Notes: generated by a model not told the origin, from the letters alone. Shown: positions 11,072-21,795, numbered from the stretch's first letter. The stretch: 64,000 bases of DNA from Alphaproteobacteria bacterium (GCA_964291285.2 OZ219787.1:96001-160000), one strand, 5' to 3'. Numbers and translations are program-made.

Positions 11072-13577
11072 CAGACTTCCTGACCTCTGCTAATTTTGTT
11101 TGGCACCGGTGCGCGCGGATTTTGGGGTTATGCCGACCTCGTAGACCATGCGCATACGGTTGCCGGGGAAGTGCGTTTCGGTGGCGTTGAGTTCGGCCAG
11201 AAGAGGCTTGATCTGGCGGTCGCAGGCGTCATTTGCGAGGCCGAGAATGCGGACCCGCAGGACGCCGTTGGCAGGGTCCGGCAGGATGTCGGCATCGGCG
11301 GTGAAGAGTGCCTGAAGCAGTTTCCGGGGGTGGGGCTTGTGGCCCTGCGCCTGCATGACGGGAAGCATCAAGCGGGTTTCAGCGCGGTAGGCGATCATGC
11401 GGATGATGTCGAGTAGGAGGCGCTCGCGTGAGGGCAAGGCATTGAGCTGTCCGGCTTCGTCGAGGTCGCCGGCCCGGCAGTGCGTGGGCACCTCCCTGCG
11501 GCTGGATCTGACAATCTCACGGCCGCCCTCGAGGTCCCTGAGTTCCCTCTTGAGTTCGCCCGTCGGCTGCTTCCTGTGGGCGGCGTCGGCGATGCGGTTG
11601 CGCAGGCGGCCAAGCTGGTGGTCGAGGCGGCGGATTGCCTTGTCGTAGGCCCGCCGCAGCGGGCTGACGACCATGGTATCGGCAGCGAGAGGCTCGATCT
11701 CGTGGGTCGGCAGGGCGTCGAGATTGAACTCGTCGCGCATGTATTTGAAGAAGTTTTCCTGCGACCAGCGCGAGAACAAGGCGCCTGCGGCCTCCGCCAC
11801 CGGCTTGTGCGGATCGGTGGTGACCAGCGGAACCTGACGGCCGTTGTCGAGCAGGCGGCGGATCTGGCGCACCCTGAAGCCGTTCTTCAACGTCACCGGC
11901 TTCTCGGCCAGCAGCATGGTGGCGCTGGCGTTCGCCGCGGGTCCGTGAATGGGAACGATCATCGCACTGAAGTCCTCGGCCGGCCAGTCCCCGCCCCTGA
12001 AGTTCTTGTGCCAGGTCAGGCAGGCAATGCCGCGCCTGGCCAGCCGGCGAAACAGCTCCGGGCTCCAGCCCTCGCGGTCGAAGACCAGTGTGAGCACGGG
12101 CTGGCCGGGCTGCCCGGCGGTCAGGTCCGCTGCCCCGGCGTCGACGATCCCGAGCGCCTGCAACGCCGGCACCACGTCGGATTCGATCGCGGCGACCATC
12201 TTCGGGTCCAGCGGCTTGTGCAGGCACAGCAGGGGCTTGCCGCCCAAGGCGTTGATCCAGTAGCTGGTGCTCGCCGGCAGGCACAGCTTCTCGCGCGAGA
12301 CGAAGTGTTTGGGCAGGCGCCCCTTGCGGCCGGCGTAGACCTTGACGTGCCCGTCAACGGCCAGCGTCGCCCAGAGCTCGGGCTCCTCCTCCTGCCAGCG
12401 TCTCGCAAGAGCGAGCTGCCACGCCTGCACGCTGGCTTCGTCGTTGGCCATGAGCCCGATCTTGCGCCGTAGCGTCTTGACCTCGGGGCAGCGGTCGAGA
12501 CCGAGAACCGCACCCCATTCGCCCGGTGCCTGGTAGCGCAGGCTCTCGGGGTTGCGCACCCGCGCCAGGGTCATGAAGGCCAGGAAGAGCAGGATCGTGG
12601 GCAGGCCGTAGTAGCCCTTCGACAGCAACGGCAGGAGGCCGGTCTCGCAGAGCAGGCCTTCCTTCAGCAGGGCCGGCAGGGCGGCGAGAACGCCGCCAAA
12701 GCGCACGCCGCGGGCGGCGGCGGTGAACTGCGGTTCGACCGGTCCCGCCTGCCCGCAGCTGGCCAACACCCGAGCCCGGACATCGCAAGTCGCGCGCCCC
12801 ATCGGCGCCTGCCGGTCCCGCCGGTCGCGCGCGCTGCGATCCGTCTGCGCCTCCAGCCCCGCTGCCGTCGCCGGCCCGGCGGCACCGGCACTCTCGTCAT
12901 CGACACTGCCCTCGGGCGCCCCACCCGCGTCAGGCGGCACCGCCACTGCCGCGCTGCCGCGCTCCCGACACGCCTCCGCGTTGCCGATCACCCCCTGCCG
13001 CCGCCACTTGTTGACCGACGGCGCTGACACGCCGAGAACTCGGGCCACCGCAGAGCCGCTCAGGCCCCCTTCCAGCAACGCCGTCGCTTTCTCCGCCAGC
13101 TCCGGCGTGAACACCGAAGGTCCCCGACCGCGCCGGGGCTTCAGAAACTCCGCTTCGCCCTCGGCCAGGTAGCGCCGTCGTGCGCGCTGGACCGTTGCAC
13201 GCGAGACACCGAAAGCGTCGGCCAGATCCTGCCGCGAGACCGCGCTGATCGCAGCCAGGCGGCCGATCCGCAACAGCATGGCCGCGCGGTCATCGGCGGC
13301 GTGGCTGTCAAAGGGAACGAGGTTGGAGAAGTAGGTGAAGCTGTCGTCCGAAATCAGAATGGCGAAACAACTGCTGCCGATCGGAACCGCCTCCGGAGGG
13401 CTCAGGGGAAGGGTAATCGACATGGTTGAAATCTCGTATCCAGTGTCAAATTAAAATACCCGAACCTGGACACGGCAGCCAGCGAAAATCAGCCGAAACA
13501 GACGAAAAATGAACCGAACTCAAAAAGTTCCCAGAACGCCGCCCGCAACAAACATCGTCACGAGGTCAGGAAGTCTG
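11072..13577 (-). mobile_element. 2506-bp IS with 777-aa DDE transposase (CDS 11090-13423), family unassigned; copy 1
   Basis: 16-bp IR CAGACTTCCTGACCTC; AGGTT duplication; motifs VDGH, VFDREG, RWSQENFFK; second copy at 34593. Confidence 0.92.
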
Positions 13578-13605
13578 AGGTTCAATCGACATACAGGATT
13601 CCCTA

Positions 13606-14381
13606 GGCCCTGTGGACGTATTGACTCAGGAGCGTGTTCAGGGATTCCCGTGCGAGGATTTGTCTGAATCATGAGGCGTCGGCGATTCGGGGGTTTCGTT
13701 GATGTCGACGAAGATGACGAATGGAGACTGGGAGGTTGCGCTGGAGGTTTTCCGGCTTTGCCTTCCGAGGCGGGGTGCGAAGGCGAAGGACGACCGTCTG
13801 TTTCTGGAGGCGCTGCACTTCTTTGCGGTTCACAACATCACCTGGCGGGCGCTGCCGGAGCGGTTCGGGCACTGGAATACGGTATGGCGGCGTTTTCACC
13901 GTCTGAGCCGTTCAGGGGTGTTCGAGGACTTTTTCGCCACGCTGGCGGATTTGAGCAGCACGGCGCACCTGGTTCAGATGTTCGATTCGACCGTGACCCG
14001 CGCGCATGTATCGGCGGCCGGCGCAAAAGGGGGCAGCAGGGTCAGGCGCTTGGACGCTCGCGGGGCGGTTTCAGCACCAAAATCCACCTGAAGACCGATT
14101 TCGACGGCCTGCCGATCGCCTTCGACCTGACCGGCGGCGAGGCAGCCGACAGTCCGCATTTCGAGACCCTGATGGACATCGGCCCCGATGTCCGGCCCCG
14201 CGCCATCGTCGCCGACAAGGGCTATGACAGCGCCGGAAACCGCCAACTCGCCCGGAAAAGAGGCGCCCTGACCGTCATTCCCTACCGGAAGAACATCAAA
14301 AACAGGCCAAAGCGCTTCGCAAGCGCGCTCTACAGAGGACGGGCGCGCATCGAACAGGCCGTCGGCAAGCTCAAACGTTTC
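13606..14381 (+). mobile_element. IS5 family (IS427 group), two ORFs with frameshift, 3' truncated
   Basis: TA then GGCCCTGTGGAC end; orfA WRALPERFGHWNTV; AAAAGGGGG slip site; orfB GRSRGGFSTKIH, ADKGYDS; breaks after KLKRF. Confidence 0.88.
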
Positions 14382-14555
14382 AGTATTCCACCGTACGCCT
14401 GTCTGTTCCTGGCAACTGATGTCAAAGGAAATCGTTGTGTATCAATGAAGTATTGGTTTTCCCGGTGGACAAGGCGCGCCAGGACTACGCCCCGGTTGAC
14501 TTTCATGTGTTGACCTGTATGGTGATATTCAGGGCTGTTTCGAAGGAATATCACT

Positions 14556-15824
14556 ATGTCAACACAGACCGGCAAGCGCACTGCAAACCTCAAGCTCACC
14601 CTCAACAAGCGAAACGTCGAAGCCCTCAAGCCCCGGCACAAACCCTTCATCGCATGGGACGACCGCCTCACCGGATTCGGCATCCGCGTCCAGCCCTCGG
14701 GCATGCGCTCCTACATCGTCAACTACCGCGCCGGCGACGGCGGGCGCAAGGCCGCCAACCGGCGCCTCGTCCTCGGCCGCCACGGCCGCATCACCCCCGA
14801 ACAGGCCAGGCGCCTCGCCCGGGAGACGCTGGGCCGCGTCGCCGCCGGCGAGGACCCCGCCGCCGGGCGCACCCGCGCCCGCGCCATGCCGACGGTGCGG
14901 GACGCCTTCGAGGACTATCTCGCCGCCGGGCCGGCGCGCAAGGACAGTACCGTTGCGGTATACCGCAGCACCGTCCACAAGGACCTCGGTGACTGGCTCG
15001 ACCGCCCTCTCGACACCATCGGGCGCCGCGATGTCGAGCAGCGCTTCCGGCGCCTGAGCGAGAATGCCGGGTGGGTGCAGGCCAACAATGCGATGAAGAT
15101 GCTGCGCGCCCTCTACCGCCGCCAGTGCCTCGACCATGAGGGGCTGCACAATCCGGTGGACCAGTGGCGCGTCGCGGGCGGGCGGCCCCATCGCCCGAAA
15201 CGGCGCATCATCCAGCCGCCGGCCGAGGTGCTGCCGCGCTGGCACCGCGGCATCGAGGCGGCGGTGCGTAACCCGGTCGCCCGCGACGCCTTGCACTTCG
15301 GCCTCTATACCGGCATGCGCCGGGCCGAAGTATTCGGCCTCGCATGGGCGCGGGTGGACAGGGCGGCGATGGTGTTCCGGGTCGAGGACACCAAGACCGG
15401 CGCGCCGTTGGCGCTTCCCGTCACCCGGCAGCTCGCGGCCATTCTCGAACGCCGCCTGGCCGAACGCGACCGTGTCCCCGAGGCGAACCGGGGCTGGGTG
15501 TTCCCGTCCGAAACCAGCAGGTCCGGGCGTCTCACCGGCATGCAGCACATGAATGCGCGCATCGGCGAGGCGGGCGGCGCGAAATTCTGGTTCCATGCCC
15601 TGCGCAACTGCTTCATCACCGTCGCCGACCGCGACCTGATGCTGCCGGCCAGCCTGACCAAGCGGCTGGTCAACCACGCCCGGCCCCGGGACGTGACCGA
15701 GGGCTATGCCGCCGACTGGACCATGGAGCAACTCCGCGACGCCGCCCAGCGCATCTCTGACAGGATCGACGCATTGATCCGCGAAGGCATTCCCGCGCCA
15801 CCGGCCTTGCCGCCGACAGCATGA
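14556..15824 (+). CDS. Tyrosine recombinase/integrase with arm-binding domain
   Basis: WDDRLTGFGIRV arm domain; TGMRRAE, DTKTG, HALR, VNH, TEGY catalytic set. Confidence 0.92.
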   Translation: MSTQTGKRTANLKLTLNKRNVEALKPRHKPFIAWDDRLTGFGIRVQPSGMRSYIVNYRAGDGGRKAANRRLVLGRHGRITPEQARRLARETLGRVAAGEDPAAGRTRARAMPTVRDAFEDYLAAGPARKDSTVAVYRSTVHKDLGDWLDRPLDTIGRRDVEQRFRRLSENAGWVQANNAMKMLRALYRRQCLDHEGLHNPVDQWRVAGGRPHRPKRRIIQPPAEVLPRWHRGIEAAVRNPVARDALHFGLYTGMRRAEVFGLAWARVDRAAMVFRVEDTKTGAPLALPVTRQLAAILERRLAERDRVPEANRGWVFPSETSRSGRLTGMQHMNARIGEAGGAKFWFHALRNCFITVADRDLMLPASLTKRLVNHARPRDVTEGYAADWTMEQLRDAAQRISDRIDALIREGIPAPPALPPTA

Positions 15825-15827
15825 CGC

Positions 15828-16160
15828 GTGGACCTTTTCCGGGCCCTCGACATGGGTGCGGGTGGTGATGCGCTTGCCGTGCTTCTCGATGGTGGCCTCT
15901 TGCAGGAGGTCGAGGTCGCGGATCAGGTCGTGCCATTCGATGCTGACGCCAGCGGCGGCGCATCGGTCGGCCAGTTCCTTCTGGAGGACCAGCGCGAGGA
16001 AGGAGCAGAAGACGTGGCCGCGGATCGCGGCGTTGCAGGAGTGGTAGATCGGTCGGGTGCGCAACTGGGCCTTCGCCCGGCGGAACAGGTCTTCCACCGT
16101 GAGCAGCTCCCGGTAGCGGAGCACGGCGTTGAGCGGCGTCATGCCGGCGTTGGTGCGCCG
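15828..16160 (-). mobile_element. IS1634-family transposase fragment
   Basis: YRELLTVEDLFRRAK..LRTRPIYH..IRGHVFCSFLAL. Confidence 0.8.
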
Positions 16161-16274
16161 GCCTATCTGGGGATATACCGGTGCGAGCCTCGCAAGGCGA
16201 CGATGTAGAGGTCCATCGGGTCGCGGGTGCGGGAGACCGGGCGGCGGATGGCGTCGTGGCCGTGAGCCTCCCGC

Positions 16275-16688
16275 TCACCGGCGGCCTTGTCCGGTGCCGG
16301 CCAGCACGCCGTCGACCCGGGCGCGCGAGAGGCGGAACCGGCCCGAAGCTGTCCCCGTAGACAGCGCGTCGCGTCGACCCGGGCGCGCGAGACGCGGAAC
16401 TCCCGCGCGATCGCCGCCGGCCTGAGGCCGGCCTCGAAGGCGGCGAGGATCGGCCTTTTCCTGCCCCTGCGTCACCGGCCTGGCGCGCGCCCTTCCTCCG
16501 GATGTCTTGCCGGCCTGCCGCCCGCGCCTGCGGGCCTCGGCTGTCGCCGCTTCGACCGGCCGGTCGAGGTCCGCGTCGTCGAGATGGCGGAGCAAACGGT
16601 CGAGGCTCCCGCCGCGCTTTCCCGTCCCGCCACCCGAGCGCGCCGTCCTTCCTGCGCGTTGCCCCGTTTTCGTGGTCCTTCCTGTCAC
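16275..16688 (-). pseudogene. Frameshifted small HTH protein
   Basis: After a shift near 16455 reads ILAAFEAGLRPAAIAREFRVSRARVD; the last motif is partly duplicated. Confidence 0.5.
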
Positions 16689-16939
16689 CTACAACCGGTG
16701 AGCGCATCGCGTGTGCGCTGGTCGATTGCAGCCCGAACGTGCCGGTGTGGCCATGGCCAGGGTGCTCTCCAGCTACCGGTCACCCGTGCCGCCGGCCCGC
16801 CGCCCGCCGTCGGGAACGCCGCCTCCCCCGCTCCGCGCCGGCAGGAGGGAAGGTCTGGCCGTGAGCGGGGCGGCGGTCGGCGCTTCGGAGAGCGGGGCGC
16901 TGCCGCCGGGTTCCACCACGGCACGATGGAGACGGCAGC

Positions 16940-17272
16940 ATGACGGCAGCAACGATGGCGATGCCCGGCAATACGGCAAGCACGTTCCTGGTCCACTATT
17001 TCGGCGGCGGCCTCGACGGCGACGACCGCTTCGTGGTCGAGCGGTTCCGCGCCCTGGCCTGCGGCGACATTCGTCCGGTCCGGGACGGTGAGGAGAACGC
17101 GAAGGGGCGGCGCAAGGTCAGGCGCACCGTGGTCTCGCGCAAGGAGGCCGAGGCGATGCGCCCGGAGCGCACCGAGATCATCGTGTGCACCGGCCTTCGC
17201 ACCCGCGGGGGGAAACAGGCCTGGGGTTCGGTTGCGGCGGGCCTCCTGTGCGACCGCAAGCAGCGCGGCTGA
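16940..17272 (+). CDS. Hypothetical protein, 110 aa
   Basis: GGAG RBS; frame conserved in copy at 39444. Confidence 0.65.
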   Translation: MTAATMAMPGNTASTFLVHYFGGGLDGDDRFVVERFRALACGDIRPVRDGEENAKGRRKVRRTVVSRKEAEAMRPERTEIIVCTGLRTRGGKQAWGSVAAGLLCDRKQRG

Positions 17273-17359
17273 GCGCTTTCCCGAGGGACGTCCGGCCGGC
17301 CCGGCCGGGTCGGCCGGGCGTCCCTCTTCCGTTTTCCCCACGGCAAGGAGAACGCACCC

Positions 17360-18382
17360 ATGTGCGAGCAGCAGGACATCGGGGCGCGGCGCGCGCGGAA
17401 CCTGGAGCGCTGGCGTCGTCGGGTTGCCGACCGGCGCGCGCGCGGCAAGTGCATCGGGTGCGGCAAGCGCGAACCCGAGACCGCGCGGACCCTGTGCGCG
17501 CCCTGCGCCGAGAAGCGGAACCGGGCGAGCCGGGCCAGGGACGCAAGGCTGCGCACCGCCGGCCTCCCCCGGAGAGACCCCGACAAGGCACGCGCCCAGG
17601 AGCGCGACCGGTCCCGCCGCGAGGCTGAAATGCGCCGCGACGCCGGGCTCTGCATCCGGTGCGGCAAGCAGCCGGCCGCCGATGGCCGTGCGTCCTGCCA
17701 GCCGTGCCTGGAGAAGCGCCGGGCAGCGGACCGCGCGAAATACGCCGCCGGGAAAGCCGCCGGCCTCAGGTATGGCGGGGCCGATGCCGAGGCCAAAAGG
17801 CGCGCCGCCCGGGCGAAGAGCAAGCGCCGCCAGAAAGCCCGGATCGAGGCGGGACTCTGTATCCGCTGCGGCAGGCAGCCCCCTGCCGGGGGCGGAACCA
17901 CCTGCCAGCCCTGCCGGGACAGGAGGCAGGCGGCGGAACGCCGGAAATACCGGGACCGGCGCCAGGCCGGGCTCTGCACCCGGTGCGGCGCCGCCGTCCA
18001 TGACGGTCTGTCGCGCTGCGCGCCGTGTGCCGCCATCGAGGAGGCCAGCCACAACCCGGAGCGCAAGAACGCACGCTCGCGGCAGTTGTACGCCCGGCGC
18101 CGGGCCGCCGGCCTGTGCACGGCCTGCGGGGCGCCGTCACAGGGGGCGGCGCGCTGTGCGCCCTGTGCCGAGAGGTCGTATCAAGGGTCGGGGCATTTCA
18201 GGGGCATCCCGGTCCACGAGCCGGTCTGGACCGTGATCGAACTGGAGACCGGCCGCGAGCACGGTCCGTTCGACGATCCGGCCGATGTCGCCCTCTGCCT
18301 CGCCTTCGGGAAGCTCGACCGCAACCGCGTCGAGATCGTCGCCGACGCCCCCGTCACCGCCTCCTTCACCGCCTGGACCTGA
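17360..18382 (+). CDS. Protein with five tandem CxxCG-x(8-11)-CxxC zinc fingers and an acidic C-terminal domain
   Basis: CIGC..CAPC, CIRC..CQPC twice, CTRC..CAPC, CTAC..CAPC; AAGGAG RBS; conserved in copy 2. Confidence 0.85.
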   Translation: MCEQQDIGARRARNLERWRRRVADRRARGKCIGCGKREPETARTLCAPCAEKRNRASRARDARLRTAGLPRRDPDKARAQERDRSRREAEMRRDAGLCIRCGKQPAADGRASCQPCLEKRRAADRAKYAAGKAAGLRYGGADAEAKRRAARAKSKRRQKARIEAGLCIRCGRQPPAGGGTTCQPCRDRRQAAERRKYRDRRQAGLCTRCGAAVHDGLSRCAPCAAIEEASHNPERKNARSRQLYARRRAAGLCTACGAPSQGAARCAPCAERSYQGSGHFRGIPVHEPVWTVIELETGREHGPFDDPADVALCLAFGKLDRNRVEIVADAPVTASFTAWT

Positions 18383-18572
18383 CATGCTGTCCCGGGCGGC
18401 GATGGCGGCGCTCGCCTGGCCGCGGTCCGCCGCGCCGTCCCTGTGTCGTGGAGAGGAGTAAAGCGCCTGCCGGGCGAGTGTCCGGCAGGGCGGAGGAGAG
18501 GACTCCCCGCCGATGCCGGATCGATGTCCGGCACAGGTCGCCGGGCAGGACAACGGCAGAGGAGTTCCCGCC

Positions 18573-18779
18573 ATGTTTCATCCCGATACATCCCTCGACC
18601 TCCCGACCGGCTGCGACCTGCTCGCCGAACTCGGCGTCGACCGTCGCACCGTCCGCGAGATCGCCGAGGACGAGCGCGCCATCCGCTGTCCCGACCGGGG
18701 CGCGGCCTGTCCGGTGCACGGCTTCGCGAGCCTCTTCCCGGAACCGGCGTCGCCGTTCTCTCCGGGCGGTCAGGGGTAG
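18573..18779 (+). CDS. Small hypothetical protein, 68 aa
   Basis: GAGGAG RBS; same length and frame at 41010-41216. Confidence 0.6.
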   Translation: MFHPDTSLDLPTGCDLLAELGVDRRTVREIAEDERAIRCPDRGAACPVHGFASLFPEPASPFSPGGQG

Positions 18780-18883
18780 AGGAGGGCCTGAAGAGATTGA
18801 ACGGGCAGGGGTTCGGGGGAGTGACCCCGGCCCCGGTCGTTCGCAACCCATCGTCATCAACACGAACCTGAAGGAGTATCGCA

Positions 18884-19312
18884 ATGAGCTTCGGATTGAA
18901 CAAGGTGCAGATCATCGGCCGCCTCGGCGCGGACGTCACCATCAACCACCTGCAGAACGGCGGCCGCGTGGCCAATCTGAGCGTTGCCACCGACGAGAGC
19001 TACATCGACCGGAACGGCAGCGGCGAGCGGATCGACAGGACCGAGTGGCACCGGGTCGTGACCTTCCAGGACGGGCTGATCGACATGCTCGCCAGGCACG
19101 CCACGAAGGGCCGGCTGGTCTACATCGACGGCAAGCTCCAGACCCGGCGCTGGAAGAAGCCGGGCGAGGACTCCGACCGCTTCTCGACCGAGATCCTGCT
19201 GGTCCCGGGTGGGCGCGTCCAGTTCCTCGACAAGGCGAACGGCAACGCCGCGCAGCCCGGCCCGGACGCGGCGGGCGGCGACCCGATGGATGGGGATCAG
19301 ATCCCGTTCTAG
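18884..19312 (+). CDS. ssb: Single-stranded DNA-binding protein
   Basis: LNKVQIIGRLGAD, TEWHRVV, GKLQTRRW, C-terminal DQIPF. Confidence 0.97.
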   Translation: MSFGLNKVQIIGRLGADVTINHLQNGGRVANLSVATDESYIDRNGSGERIDRTEWHRVVTFQDGLIDMLARHATKGRLVYIDGKLQTRRWKKPGEDSDRFSTEILLVPGGRVQFLDKANGNAAQPGPDAAGGDPMDGDQIPF

Positions 19313-19339
19313 AGCTTCCCGTTCTCCCCCCCCCCCACA

Positions 19340-19370
19340 GGGCCGGCGCCTCGCGCGTCGGCCCTTTTCT
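19340..19370 (+). terminator. Hairpin plus T-run after ssb
   Basis: GGGCCGGCGC-CTC-GCGCGTCGGCCC-TTTT. Confidence 0.55.
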
Positions 19371-19496
19371 CATGCGGGCAGGTTCAAGTCTCGCCGCGGC
19401 GCATACGGGAGTGGGAGCGAGGCTGGAAAGCGGGTGAACCGCGCGAGGAGGAGAGGGAGCCCGCTCGCGCACCCGTCACGCTACCCGGAGAACCCG

Positions 19497-19724
19497 ATGA
19501 GCACCATCTCCTTCCGCCGCATCGCCCCCGACGAATCCCGCATCTACCGGGACGGCGACCATGTCGGCGACGTCCACGCCTTCGACGACAGCACCCGGCC
19601 GGGGCACAGGGTGTTCGCCATACATCTCGACGAGGACCCGCGCGGGCCCGTCTATCTCCACGACCGCACCCGCATCCGCGAGACCGCCCGGCAGCGGGTC
19701 GACTCCCATCCCCTGTGGGGTTGA
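19497..19724 (+). CDS. Small hypothetical protein, 75 aa
   Basis: GGAG RBS; conserved at 43119-43346. Confidence 0.65.
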   Translation: MSTISFRRIAPDESRIYRDGDHVGDVHAFDDSTRPGHRVFAIHLDEDPRGPVYLHDRTRIRETARQRVDSHPLWG

Positions 19725-19813
19725 CGCAAGGGCGGGCAACGGCGCCTCCCGCTCCGGCGCCGTGCCGGGCCGAAACGACGATGGGGTCCGTGCAGGGCGA
19801 GAGAAATACGCCA

Positions 19814-20061
19814 CCCCGCTGTGATGTCCAATCGTGTCACACGGGCTCGCGACAGCAACCCCTGCGGGGTCCTCCGGTCGCTCCGCTCCCTGCGGCCCGG
19901 CCAAGAAGCTCCAGGGGCGGACCGTGAAAGTCGACGACCGTGAAGATCGCAGGGCGATCTTCCGCACCACTCGCCGACTTTCCGCACCACTCCGCCCAGG
20001 AGCTTCTACGCCCGGGTGCTTCTGCTGCGCGCGCGTGCCCCGACAGGACATCACAACGGGG
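19814..20061. promoter_or_regulatory. Long imperfect fold-back, Frpo-like ssDNA promoter candidate
   Basis: Nested complementary arms: CCCCGCTGTGATGTCC/GGACATCACAACGGGG, AGAAGCTCC/GGAGCTTCT, GAAAGTCG/CGACTTTC, apex GAAGATCGC-AGG-GCGATCTTC. Confidence 0.7.
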
Positions 20062-20097
20062 ATCGGCCCCGAACGTGAAAACCGAAAGGAAAACGAC

Positions 20098-21024
20098 ATG
20101 ACCTTCCATACCGATACCACCGAAACCGCAGCACAGTCCGCAACCGCGATCGTCTGCGACAACGCCGCTCTCTTCGGCGCAACCCCCGAGCGCGACGAGT
20201 TCGATACCCGCGAGATCTGGGACCAGGACGAGGCCATCACCGCCGTCACCGAAGCCTTCCGCATCCTCAGCCGGGGCGTCGCGCCCGACGGATACCAGAT
20301 GGCAGACGAACGCGAGAGCCTGCTCTGGGGCTTCGTCAACATGCTCCACGCCCAGACACAGCGCCTCGACCGCAGCGTCGACAAGCTCACCCCCGAACTC
20401 CAGGACCTCCAGCGCACACAGGACGGCTCCGAGATCAGGTCCCTGGAACTGGAACTCGTGACCGACCGCGCACAGTGCCTCACCGCACGCCGCGACGCCT
20501 TCGAGACATTGCGCAACGAGGCCGCCGAAGCCTACCGCGCAGACACCGGCGACACATGGCGGCCCCGGCGCGGCAGCCACGCCAGCCAGACCGGACATCT
20601 GACCTCCGCAGCCATCGACGCCCGCGACTTCGTCCGCGCCCGAAAGGACCGCAAGACACAGGCCCACCTGCCCCAGGGAACCCTCGTCGCCATCGCCGGC
20701 GGAAAGGACATCGCAAACCCGGCAGCCGTCATCGAGCGCCTCGACAAGGTCCGCGCCAGGTATGCCGACCTCGTCCTCGTGCATGGCGGCGGTCCCGGCG
20801 TCGAGAAGATCGCGGCGCGCTGGGCCGAGCGCAACGGTGTCCACCAGGTCGTCTGCAAGCCCGACTGGGACCGCCACGGTCGCGCCGCACCCTTCCGCCG
20901 CAACGACGAACTGCTCAACCTCCTGCCGAAGGGCGTCATCGCCTTCCCCGGCTCCGGCATCACCGACAACCTCGTCGACAAGGCGAAGCAGCTCGGCATC
21001 CCGGTGATGAAGGTAGCAGCCTGA
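20098..21024 (+). CDS. DUF2493 (YspA/SLOG-like) domain protein
   Basis: VAIAGG, VLVHGGGPGVEKIAARWA, APFRRND, AFPGSGIT. Confidence 0.85.
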   Translation: MTFHTDTTETAAQSATAIVCDNAALFGATPERDEFDTREIWDQDEAITAVTEAFRILSRGVAPDGYQMADERESLLWGFVNMLHAQTQRLDRSVDKLTPELQDLQRTQDGSEIRSLELELVTDRAQCLTARRDAFETLRNEAAEAYRADTGDTWRPRRGSHASQTGHLTSAAIDARDFVRARKDRKTQAHLPQGTLVAIAGGKDIANPAAVIERLDKVRARYADLVLVHGGGPGVEKIAARWAERNGVHQVVCKPDWDRHGRAAPFRRNDELLNLLPKGVIAFPGSGITDNLVDKAKQLGIPVMKVAA

Positions 21025-21038
21025 CCGCAACGCATCGC

Positions 21039-21083
21039 GGGCCGTGTCGTCGCTCCGGCGGCGGCACGGTCCGTTTCCTCTTT
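21039..21083 (+). terminator. Hairpin after DUF2493 gene
   Basis: GGGCCGTGTCGTCGC-TCCG-GCGGCGGCACGGTCC followed by a T-rich tract. Confidence 0.55.
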
Positions 21084-21614
21084 CGCACATCGATGACGCG
21101 GCAACGCCAACCTCGCGCGCTTCGCGCCGCACTCGTGCTCCGGCTTCGCCGATCGCGCTTGCGTTCCGCGTCCGCGTCACGCGCCGCTGCACCATGCTTC
21201 GCCCGGGTGCATCGCCGTCCGCGCCGATCCCGGCGCACTTCCGCCAGCGTGACTGTCGACGGCACTGCCGCCGCTGCCGCCCGTCCGCTCGGCACGGTGC
21301 TTCGCACCAGTGCCCGCGCTCGCGCCGGCGAGGCCGTCCGCTCACACGCCGCGGCGGCTCCCCTCCGCCGGGTTCCCCGGCGTCGATTTCCCCATCGTGT
21401 ATGCTATCCCTTCCGGCTCTGTCTCGACGGCGGAGCCGCTATTTCGTCACACCAGACGCGCCAGGGGCGCAGTCGGCGCATGCGTGGCCTGGAGAACCCT
21501 ACCGGTGCCACAAGGCGCCAGACGGGGCCTGCGGTATGATGGGAACCTGTAGTGCGCTTTGTGTTACGGACAAACCCTTGGAATCATTGTATGTGTTTCT
21601 ACCGTGTTCGCCGT

Positions 21615-21660
21615 GTATGCTCACAGAACACCGTCCGCATTGCGTGCCATTGCGGCCAGG
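21615..21660 (-). other. Candidate MOBF-type oriT nic site (nick between 21628 and 21627)
   Basis: Minus strand CCGCAATG-GCACG-CAATGCGG-ACGGTGT^TC: hairpin followed by TGCG-N4-GTGT, as in F/R388-type nic sites; lies between the leading region and an RHH gene. Confidence 0.6.
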
Positions 21661-21795
21661 GACGGAGGAAACACGGGATTGCCGCCCACGGGCAGGTAGG
21701 CCAATGGACCGGGAAACAGCCCCGTGACCGTCCGAAACCGCCCGACAACGGAGTGCGCGGCGACGCAGGTTCGGGCTCGAACATGGGAGGTGACG

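Larger units (their letters stand above)
16647..21460 (+). repeat. Leading-region module, copy 1
   Basis: Same gene order and high identity to about 39146-45080. Confidence 0.92.

Noticed and set aside
14559-16142. 527-aa minus-strand ORF
   Set aside because: Only the first roughly 100 aa are an IS1634 fragment; the rest is antisense to the integrase.
21553-21564. Plus-strand TGCGCTTTGTGT as nic site
   Set aside because: Fits the spacing but lacks the adjacent hairpin and points transfer away from the leading region; the minus-strand site at 21628 fits better.
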